Shown here piece after piece: positions 56,792 to 64,000 of a stretch of DNA of 64,000 bases. Each line of letters opens with the position of its first letter. Within the stretch, counting starts at the first letter, position 1. The notes under the pieces are model-generated. The model was given only the letters and a program-made list of their open reading frames with translations, was not told the origin of the DNA and did not search any database. The translations under genes were made by a program, and so were the position numbers. This DNA is from Thermoproteota archaeon (GTDB lineage Archaea > Thermoproteota > EX4484-205 > JAAOZP01), in NCBI GenBank assembly GCA_038848185.1, contig JAWCNV010000006.1, positions 16,315 to 80,314 on the forward strand, written 5' to 3'.

Positions 56792-57199
56792 TTATAATTT
56801 TGCTTCTTCAATTATTATTTGTGCTATTTTTCCCACGTCCGCCTCATAAATATCAAGAGTCGGTATTTTACGCAGGTATTTTGATATGTCGATCTCATAG
56901 TCGATCTTTTTCCCAGTTTTCTCTAAAACTTTTGAGGCACACCTGTTGCCGCATCCGTTTACAGCTATGTTCATTTTAGCTCTTCCAGCTATGTCTAGAT
57001 GTGGCTTCGAGCCTGCTGCTAGGGCTGTCGTGCAACACATTCTAGCCTTACCCATGTTTGTAAGCAAGACTCCCACTTCATGTCCTATTTGGCCGACGTT
57101 TGCAGCCCCGTCGCAAACCCAAACCATGTTTTCATGTTCAGCAACTTGGTGGCAGAGACTAAGAATCTTAGGTTGAGCATCTGCTTTTTTCCCCGTCAT
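56792..57199 (-). CDS. DGC-domain (putative zinc/iron-chelating) protein
   Basis: 135 aa. 'WVCDGAANVGQ' is the DGC motif. 'MCCTTA' and 'NGCGNRCASK' are conserved Cys clusters. Confidence 0.6.
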   Translation of the reverse strand: MTGKKADAQPKILSLCHQVAEHENMVWVCDGAANVGQIGHEVGVLLTNMGKARMCCTTALAAGSKPHLDIAGRAKMNIAVNGCGNRCASKVLEKTGKKIDYEIDISKYLRKIPTLDIYEADVGKIAQIIIEEAKL

Positions 57200-57202
57200 T
57201 AT

Positions 57203-58186
57203 TTATTCACCTTTTCCCTTTGAAGTGGTATTACTTTTATCTTCATCCCGAACATCTTCGGGGCGTGTGGTTCTCATATTCATACCGTTTTTATCTAAGA
57301 ATCTTTCTATTTTCTCCGTAATCTTCATGAATTCTTCCGCCGCCGGAGAATCAGTTTGGCTGATTATGAAGGGCAAGCCCTCGTCTGAGGCCTCGCATAT
57401 ACGTGGATCTAAGGGTATCTTTCCGAGGAAATCAGCGTCCAGCTCCTCCGCTATTTTTTCTCCTCCTCCCGTTTTGAAAACATCTATTCTAGTCCCGCAG
57501 TTAGGACATATTAAGCCACTCATGTTCTCCACCACGCCTATGATGGGAACGTTAAGCTCCTTGGCGAACATCACTGCCTTCTTAACCACATCCTGAGAAA
57601 CCTCTGAAGGTATTGTGACGATGACTACGCCATCCATCTCTGGCAGAAGCTGCATAACGCTCAGAGCCTCGTCCCCAGTGCCCGGAGGCAGGTCTATGAG
57701 AAGAAGGTTAAGCTCACCCCAAGTGATATCGGATAAGAATTGTCTGATCGCCGACATTTTAAGGGGGCCACGCCATATGACCGGTGTCTCTTGGCTCGGC
57801 AGCAGGAAATCGATTGAAACAACTTTAATCCCAAGCGGACCCTCCGCAGGGAAGGCCCCTAATGGGCCTGCTCTCAGAATCTCACCCTTCATACCCAGCA
57901 TCCTCGGGACGCATGGGCCATGGATATCAGCGTCCAGAATACCTATCCTACCAAGATTACTCTTCTTAGCGAATGCTATGGCTAGGTTTATCGTCACCAT
58001 CGTCTTCCCAACTCCCCCCTTGCCGCTGATCACTGCGACCTTGTGTTTTACCTTGCTCATCTTTTCCCTAAGCTTCCTCTCCTGTTCCTCTAACTCTCCT
58101 CTTTTGAATCCAGCATGTTGTTCACCTTCAACAAGGGTATCCGTTAGATCGGTTTTCCCCATGACCATAGTTTGAATCGTAAACAA
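57203..58186 (-). CDS. Mrp/NBP35/ApbC-family iron-sulfur cluster carrier ATPase
   Basis: 'VISGKGGVGKT' deviant Walker A. 'CPNCG' CxxC cluster-bridging motif. Acidic/Lys-rich C-terminal tail. The start may be an internal Met. Confidence 0.85.
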   Translation of the reverse strand: MFTIQTMVMGKTDLTDTLVEGEQHAGFKRGELEEQERKLREKMSKVKHKVAVISGKGGVGKTMVTINLAIAFAKKSNLGRIGILDADIHGPCVPRMLGMKGEILRAGPLGAFPAEGPLGIKVVSIDFLLPSQETPVIWRGPLKMSAIRQFLSDITWGELNLLLIDLPPGTGDEALSVMQLLPEMDGVVIVTIPSEVSQDVVKKAVMFAKELNVPIIGVVENMSGLICPNCGTRIDVFKTGGGEKIAEELDADFLGKIPLDPRICEASDEGLPFIISQTDSPAAEEFMKITEKIERFLDKNGMNMRTTRPEDVRDEDKSNTTSKGKGE

Positions 58187-58220
58187 TATTTATCTCTTCC
58201 GTTTAGAATAGAAACTAATT

Positions 58221-58790
58221 ATGGATGAAGTAGATAGGAAGCTGATATCTCAGCTGCAGACTGATGGCCGCATGACCCTCGAGAAACTTGGGAGGATAAC
58301 GGGTTACACGAGTATGGGGGTTAAGAAAAGGCTTGGAAAGCTAGTTGAAAACAAGGCGGTCAAAGTGGCGGCTCAGCTGAACCTGAAGTATTTCGACATG
58401 CGTTCAGCCATTGTTCTGATTGAAACAGACGGGTTTGAAACCATGGAGAGGCTTGTTAAACGCTTTGAAGAATGTCCTCGGATAGTCTATATTTTCACGA
58501 TGATCGGCGGGTATAACATGATGGCACTGATAGTGGCTGAAAACCACGAGACTCTGGAAAGCATATCTATGGGGAAATGCTCGTTGAGAAGCGGGAGAGG
58601 AATACGTAGATCAGAGTTCTACCAGATAAAGGATATCAGCTATTCCCCGCTTATGCCTGTTAGAATAGAGTTGGCACATAGAAGGTTAAAAGAAGCACCA
58701 TGTGGCACGAACTGTGATTCCTGCACCCGGTATAAGTCTGAGGAATGTGTAGGATGCCCGGCAACCGAGTGTTACCGAGGTAGTCTCTAG
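58221..58790 (+). CDS. Lrp/AsnC-family transcriptional regulator with C-terminal cysteine-rich extension
   Basis: HTH 'DRKLISQLQTDGRMTLEKLGRITGYTSMGVKKRLGKL'. RAM domain. Tail 'CGTNCDSCTRYKSEECVGCPATECY' has 8 Cys in 25 aa. Confidence 0.75.
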   Translation: MDEVDRKLISQLQTDGRMTLEKLGRITGYTSMGVKKRLGKLVENKAVKVAAQLNLKYFDMRSAIVLIETDGFETMERLVKRFEECPRIVYIFTMIGGYNMMALIVAENHETLESISMGKCSLRSGRGIRRSEFYQIKDISYSPLMPVRIELAHRRLKEAPCGTNCDSCTRYKSEECVGCPATECYRGSL

Positions 58791-59701
58791 CCTTCTCTCC
58801 TGTAAGGGGAGCCTAGTGCCGCAGGTGCGCCGAGCCTCTTCTTCATAAACCCTATCGAACTCACCACTAGGACTATGATTGTGGCAGCGTAAGGGAGTGC
58901 GCCGAGAAGACTGGCGGGAACCCCGTACTCCTGCAGGTGGAACTGGAGGACTTCAACGCCGCCGAACAGGAATGCTCCAAACATGCTTCCAACGGGATTC
59001 CACAGTGAAAATATTGTTAACGCTAGGGCTATCCATCCTCTGCCCATCATAACGCCCTCTCTCCAGCCAGGAGTATAGGAGAGGGTTACGTAGGCACCTC
59101 CAAGACCTCCGAACATTCCTCCCAGGAAGACGCAGAGATATCTGACTAAGTACACGTTGACACCTGCTGCATCAGCTGCCTCAGGCTTCTCCCCAACAGT
59201 CCTTATTACTATTCCAAGCCTCGTTTTGAAGAGGATTAGCCACATCACTATTGAAAGCGCTATGCCCAAGTACACTATCGGATCATGGTAGAAAAATCCT
59301 CCGACGAAAGGTATTTCAGATAATACTGGTATTTGGAGCAATGGAAGCCTGTCTGGAAGAGGCTGGCCAACATATTTTGCTCCTAGGAGGCTACTGACCC
59401 CTGTTCCAAGCATTGCGAGAGCTAGTCCTGAAACAGTCTGGTTAGCTCCGAGGCTTATGCTCGTGAAGGCATGTATAAGTGAGAACAGGCCTCCGGCAAT
59501 CATTGCTGAAAACAAGCCTATCCACACTGATCCCGTTACCAGTGTTGCAGCGAAGCCTGTTAGGGCTCCGACCGTCATCACGCCGTCCAGCCCAAGGTTT
59601 AAGACTCCCGACCTTTCACAGTATACTTCGCCAAGGGTTGCGAGCATCAGGGGTGTTCCAGCTTTAACAGCCTCAGCCAGTATTGAAGCCGTTATATCCA
59701 A
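58787..59701 (-). CDS. ABC transporter permease (BMP/CUT2-associated, second subunit)
   Basis: 304 aa polytopic. Overlaps the upstream permease gene. Confidence 0.7.
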   Translation of the reverse strand: MDITASILAEAVKAGTPLMLATLGEVYCERSGVLNLGLDGVMTVGALTGFAATLVTGSVWIGLFSAMIAGGLFSLIHAFTSISLGANQTVSGLALAMLGTGVSSLLGAKYVGQPLPDRLPLLQIPVLSEIPFVGGFFYHDPIVYLGIALSIVMWLILFKTRLGIVIRTVGEKPEAADAAGVNVYLVRYLCVFLGGMFGGLGGAYVTLSYTPGWREGVMMGRGWIALALTIFSLWNPVGSMFGAFLFGGVEVLQFHLQEYGVPASLLGALPYAATIIVLVVSSIGFMKKRLGAPAALGSPYRREG

Positions 59702-60783
59702 AATCTTCTTCCACCTGCCTCCAGTACAATTCTGTACCTAGCTAGAACCTCGCCGCTTATGACGAAGAGTAGAATCATCCCGTTGAACACGTATACGAGG
59801 CTTGACGGCAGTCTGAGTGAAACCTGTATTGCATCACTGCCCACCATCAGGCCACTTATGAAGAATGATGCCACAAGTGTTGCCACTGGGTTTAGTCCTC
59901 CAAGCCAAGCAGGAATTATTGCAGTATAGCCGTAGCCGGGGGATACGCCTCTTATAAGCCGCCCATGTATTCCAGCAACCTCTCCTACTCCAGCTATTCC
60001 AGCAAGCCCTCCGCTCACCAGCATGACCAGTAGAATACTCCTAGACACACTTATTCCAGCATACCTAGCGGCTTCAGGATTGCTTCCAACAACCCTAGCC
60101 TCATAGCCGATTCTAGTCCTGTTTATCAATATATATAGAAGAAACGTTGAGGCAAAGATTATGATTAGAGTGTAGTAGTTTATTCTCGTTCCCTCTAGAA
60201 AGGGAAACCTAGCGTAGCTTGGAAAAGGATCTGTCTGAGGAAAACCCCATTGAGTCAACCCTCTCCATGGGCCAGTTACAACATAATCGAGCAATTTTAA
60301 TGAGATATAGTTCATCATGAGAGTAACTATAACCTCGTTAATGCCGAGTTTCGCTTTCAACAGAGCTGGAAACAGTGCCCACGCTGCCCCAGCGACGAAG
60401 CCTGCGAATAACATTGCAGTAACACTGAGGCTTGGAGGAAGATTGGAGTAGAGTGCAACCCATGTTGCGGCCATTGAGCCAAGTATAAGCTGGCCTTCAG
60501 CACCTATGTTTAACACTCTCGCCTTATATGCAAGTGATAGCCCCACTGCGCATAATCCTATCGGCAGGGTTTTCACAATCGTCTCAGATAAACTATAAGG
60601 GCTCCCGAAGGCTCCTGTGAATATTCTGACGTACGCATCCACAGGGTTAACACCATATGCTGCAAATAAAACACCTATGAACGGAAGGGAGAGTAGCGCA
60701 GCAAGTATTCTGGTAAGTACGCTGAGTCTTCGAGATATGGTTGGTCTCTTCTCCAATCCTACTCTCAGCTTCAAACTCATCAA
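59692..60783 (-). CDS. ABC transporter permease (BMP/CUT2-associated, first subunit)
   Basis: 363 aa polytopic. Typical YufP-like organisation after a tandem-ATPase gene. Confidence 0.7.
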   Translation of the reverse strand: MMSLKLRVGLEKRPTISRRLSVLTRILAALLSLPFIGVLFAAYGVNPVDAYVRIFTGAFGSPYSLSETIVKTLPIGLCAVGLSLAYKARVLNIGAEGQLILGSMAATWVALYSNLPPSLSVTAMLFAGFVAGAAWALFPALLKAKLGINEVIVTLMMNYISLKLLDYVVTGPWRGLTQWGFPQTDPFPSYARFPFLEGTRINYYTLIIIFASTFLLYILINRTRIGYEARVVGSNPEAARYAGISVSRSILLVMLVSGGLAGIAGVGEVAGIHGRLIRGVSPGYGYTAIIPAWLGGLNPVATLVASFFISGLMVGSDAIQVSLRLPSSLVYVFNGMILLFVISGEVLARYRIVLEAGGRRFWI

Positions 60784-60821
60784 TTTTCACACCCTTATCT
60801 CAAACAGGTTCAAACTCATGA

Positions 60822-62333
60822 TCACGACCCTCCCCCAGTCATTGCGAGACCCACTTCGCTGACCGAAGCTCCTTGCTCAAACTCCCTGACAATCTTACCT
60901 CCCCTCATTACGATTATCCTGTTGCTTAATGCTAATACCTCCTCCAAATCCTCTGAGACGAGGATAACACTGCTTCCAGATGATCTAAGCCTGTGGAAAA
61001 CCCAGTGAACGTAGTTTGCAGAAGCAACGTCCAAGCCTGAAGTAGGATTGCTGGCAATAATTATCTTCGGGCTTATTGAGAGCTCCCTGGCCACTATCAG
61101 CTTCTGAATGTTCCCGCCAGATAGTAGGCTGACCGGAGCATCTATGCTTGGAGCAACTATCTCAAACTCTTGGACAAGCCTTTCTGCTTCCCTTCTTATC
61201 GACTCCCTATCCATAAGCATTCTCTTTGAAAACCTTTTACTTAGCTTCATAATCATGTTGTCGGCGACGCTTAACTCAGGTGCCACCCCATACCTAAACC
61301 GGTCTTCAGGGATATGTGCAACACCTAGGCTTATAATCCTCTCCGGAGGACTCTTAGTAACATCTACCCCAAGTATTTTAACAGAGCCTTTCACAGGCTT
61401 TCTTAAACCCGTGATTGCCTCAACGAGTTCCCTCTGGCCGTTTCCCGCAACCCCTGCAACACCTAGGATCTCGCCCTCCATAAGACTTAGTGAAACATCC
61501 CGCACTGCAATAATCCCCCTATCGTCTAAAACCCTCAGATTCTCTATTTCTAGGACCTTTTTTAAACCGGTTTTAAACCCTTTTGCATCAGGCTTGAATT
61601 CCAGAGACTTACCGACCACCATGCCGACCAAGTCAAGCCTATTTGCTTCACTAGGCTTAACATCAGCCGCCACAACCCTCCCCTTTCTTAGAACGGTTAT
61701 GGAGTCGCTGACCCTAAGAGCTTCGTCAAGCCTATGAGTTATTAGAATAATTGATTTGCCTGTCTCAACCATCTTTCTCAAAGATTTGAAAAGCTCTTCA
61801 GATTCAACAGGTGTTAAAACGGAGGTCGGTTCATCCAAAATAAGGAGCCTGACATCCCTGTAGAGTGTTTTAAGTATTTCAACCCTTTGCTGCTCCCCTG
61901 TTGAGAGCTGCCAGATCCTCGCGTCAAGATCAACGCTTAAACCATATGTCTTCGACAGCTCTGCCACCCTGCTCTTAATCCTGTTGACAGGTATTCTCAG
62001 CCCTTCTTCAAGGCTCAGAGTAATATTCTCAAGAACTGTAAGCTTGTCGACCAGCATGAAGTGCTGGTGAACCATGCCTATTCCCAACCTTAAAGCAGTA
62101 CTTGGTGAGTCTATGTTAACTTTACGACCATCCATAATTATCTCCCCCGCGTCAGACCTATACATGCCATAGAGTATTCTCATCAAGGTTGTTTTACCTG
62201 CACCATTCTCACCGAGAAGAGCATGGATCTCTCCAGTTTTCACCCTGAAATCAACTCTATCAAGCGCAGTGACAGAAGGAAACCTTTTCACAATTCCACG
62301 CATCTCAACAAGATAGTCATGATTACTAGCCAA
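60822..62333 (-). CDS. ABC transporter ATP-binding protein with duplicated ATPase domains (CUT2/BMP-type uptake system)
   Basis: 503 aa. First domain has Walker A 'GENGAGKTT', signature 'LSTGEQQRVEI', Walker B 'LLILDEPT'. Second domain has a degenerate signature 'LSGGNIQKL'. Confidence 0.85.
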   Translation of the reverse strand: MASNHDYLVEMRGIVKRFPSVTALDRVDFRVKTGEIHALLGENGAGKTTLMRILYGMYRSDAGEIIMDGRKVNIDSPSTALRLGIGMVHQHFMLVDKLTVLENITLSLEEGLRIPVNRIKSRVAELSKTYGLSVDLDARIWQLSTGEQQRVEILKTLYRDVRLLILDEPTSVLTPVESEELFKSLRKMVETGKSIILITHRLDEALRVSDSITVLRKGRVVAADVKPSEANRLDLVGMVVGKSLEFKPDAKGFKTGLKKVLEIENLRVLDDRGIIAVRDVSLSLMEGEILGVAGVAGNGQRELVEAITGLRKPVKGSVKILGVDVTKSPPERIISLGVAHIPEDRFRYGVAPELSVADNMIMKLSKRFSKRMLMDRESIRREAERLVQEFEIVAPSIDAPVSLLSGGNIQKLIVARELSISPKIIIASNPTSGLDVASANYVHWVFHRLRSSGSSVILVSEDLEEVLALSNRIIVMRGGKIVREFEQGASVSEVGLAMTGGGS

Positions 62334-62392
62334 GCCTTGTCATAACCTTGTTGAGAAAGAAAAAATTTGTTTGGAGAGACTGTTTTCTGGGT

Positions 62393-63694
62393 TCATCCTG
62401 ATGGTGATCCTATTATGTTGTCTAGGAACCAGTTCATCTGCTCCGTGAAAAGCTGCGCTATTGTTGCCCTCTGTCCTTCAGAAACTCTAATGTTACCATC
62501 CTGATCCCTGATTGGACCGATGAACGGGTCGAAAGGTATATTGGCATCCTTCATCAGTGCAAGCCTGTTAATAACAGCGTCATACACGCTCATAGATTGG
62601 CCTGGCAGATACTTACTCTTCAGCTCGTCGACAAACTTCGGATTTATCGGCACACCAAGCTTTCCTCCAAGTTCCACTGCTCCCTCCTTAAGCAACCAAA
62701 GGTAGTCAACGTTAGCCAGATTAGTACTGTTGTAGATACCCAACCTTGTCTTCATAAGTATGTCAGCATAGATTGCCTCCCAGTGAACTATCTGGCCGCT
62801 GACAACAACATCAGGGCCAACATCCTGCATTGGACTGTAGTGTGAGAAAACGTAGAGCTGCTTCCCCTCCTGATACTGCTGCTGGGCAAACTCAACTATG
62901 GCTGTAGAGTCCTCGGTGAAGGCAAGTGTATCAACGCCTAGGCTTACGAGAGATTGAGCAGCTTCCCTAGCATGAGTCGGATCATACCATGCGAAAAGCC
63001 ATCTCACATAAACTCTTGCATCAGGATTAGCTTCTTTAACGCCTAAGGCGAATGCGTTAATATGCCTAAGGACTTCTGGTATTGGGTAGGCAGCCACATA
63101 ACCTACCTTATTGGTCTTGGTTAAAGCACCCGCCATCAGCCCATTAAGATAATACACTTGGTAGAAGTCAGCGAAGTAGGTGCCAGAGTTAGGGAGCCTT
63201 CTGAAGCCACTGCAGTGGAAGAACATTTTGCTAGGATATCTTTCAGCAACCTCTATCGTCGGATCCATGAACCCGAAGCTGGTTGTGAAAACAACGTCTA
63301 CACTTTCCTCTGTAACAAGTCTTTCAATATACCTTGCAGCTTCAGCCTCAGGGACAGACTCCACGTAAACTGTTTCAAGCCAAGGAAAGAGTTTCTCAAC
63401 CTGCCTCCTAGCCTGGTCGTGTGCAGCAGTCCACCCGAAATCTTCGACAGGACCAACATAGATGAAGCCGGCTTTAAGCTTCCGGGTTAGGGAGCTAACT
63501 TCCTGCTGAAGCGCATTATACCTTGATTCAAGATCATCATATTGTGACTTGAGTACTGCGTTCTGCAGAAGCTCGTCATACTGTGACTTAGGTACTTTAT
63601 CGAATCCTCCTACAATGTATCCTACAGCTATGCCTACAGCAAGGAAGATGATTAAGAGAAGAACCACCATCCCACTAAGCTTGGGTAGGCTCAT
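62393..63694 (-). CDS. BMP-family (basic membrane protein/Med) ABC substrate-binding protein, membrane-anchored
   Basis: 433 aa. N-terminal TM anchor plus short coiled coil. 'FIYVGPVEDFGWTAAHDQAR' and 'KVGYVAAYPIPEV' are typical of BMP/PnrA nucleoside- or sugar-binding proteins. Confidence 0.75.
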   Translation of the reverse strand: MSLPKLSGMVVLLLIIFLAVGIAVGYIVGGFDKVPKSQYDELLQNAVLKSQYDDLESRYNALQQEVSSLTRKLKAGFIYVGPVEDFGWTAAHDQARRQVEKLFPWLETVYVESVPEAEAARYIERLVTEESVDVVFTTSFGFMDPTIEVAERYPSKMFFHCSGFRRLPNSGTYFADFYQVYYLNGLMAGALTKTNKVGYVAAYPIPEVLRHINAFALGVKEANPDARVYVRWLFAWYDPTHAREAAQSLVSLGVDTLAFTEDSTAIVEFAQQQYQEGKQLYVFSHYSPMQDVGPDVVVSGQIVHWEAIYADILMKTRLGIYNSTNLANVDYLWLLKEGAVELGGKLGVPINPKFVDELKSKYLPGQSMSVYDAVINRLALMKDANIPFDPFIGPIRDQDGNIRVSEGQRATIAQLFTEQMNWFLDNIIGSPSG

Positions 63695-64000
63695 TTTATA
63701 CTCACAAATGTGATGTGATAGAATGCCGCATTTAAGTTTTTACAACAAGGATGGGAAAAAAGGTTTCATATAATTTACATGAAAATGTTAAATCGGCTAA
63801 CCTTGGAAAAACTGCAGGTATCGTATAAAAGATGTTTAGTAAACCGCCTTATTATTTGTAGGCCTAAGCAGCTTTTAACAAGGGTTTTAAAATGTCACCT
63901 GCCCCCGCTTACTCCGGCGACAAGAATATACGACACGAAAGCCAGAATATATAGTAAAACTAGTTGTAAACGACTATCCAAGAATTTTGAATTGCTGTAA

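Noticed and set aside
1-64000. Scanned for CRISPR-like arrays (regularly spaced 25-40-nt direct repeats) and for cas-like ORFs.
   Set aside because: No periodic repeat array seen in any intergenic stretch. The only notable repeats are the duplicated promoter/secreted-protein cassette and short palindromes.
63779-64000. Partial + strand ORF at the window edge.
   Set aside because: Truncated, AT-rich and without motif. It lies in the presumptive promoter region of the BMP operon.

Overview
This window reads as an archaeal chromosome segment, most likely from a crenarchaeote of the Thermoproteales type. The evidence for archaeal origin is an EF-1alpha fragment, two proteasome beta subunits, aCPSF1, Sm/L37e, G1P dehydrogenase (egsA), archaeal CTP-dependent RibK and RibL, TATA-like boxes close to start codons, and two tRNA genes that carry introns, one at a non-canonical position. 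Gene density is high on both strands.

Housekeeping genes fill most of 1-18.3 kb and 24.9-32.7 kb. The second block holds a class II B12-dependent ribonucleotide reductase (nrdJ) interrupted by a LAGLIDADG intein at its catalytic cysteine, followed by a corrinoid adenosyltransferase and an ATP-dependent DNA ligase.

Between these blocks are regions that look accessory:
- A tRNA-Lys to tRNA-Ser interval carrying three glycoside hydrolases (GH2, GH30, GH10 xylanase); a GH42 gene sits separately at 44199-46367 (finding 3).
- A tRNA-Leu to tRNA-Arg interval carrying a lone 806-aa HerA/DUF87-like P-loop ATPase with a long C-terminal coiled coil and a palindromic element in front of its start codon (finding 1).
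- Two VapBC toxin-antitoxin pairs.
- A BlaI/BlaR1-like repressor plus membrane zinc-protease pair next to an HtrA protease.
- Two tandem genes fusing a nucleotidyltransferase domain to a CDP-alcohol phosphotransferase domain (IPCT/DIPPS-like), whose catalytic motifs are degenerate in opposite halves.
- A gene set related to Fe-S carrier proteins (Mrp/NBP35, DGC-domain protein, MvhD-like, ferredoxin), read divergently from an Lrp/AsnC regulator that ends in a cysteine-rich tail.
- A duplicated cassette (secreted protein, metzincin, upstream promoter element) whose second copy has lost the metzincin ORF and carries a frameshift.
- Two ABC transporter operons. One is an ABC-2 exporter with a large CARDB-like surface protein. 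The other is a BMP-family uptake system.

No CRISPR array was seen. All domain calls come from reading motifs in the translated ORFs; no database search was run.
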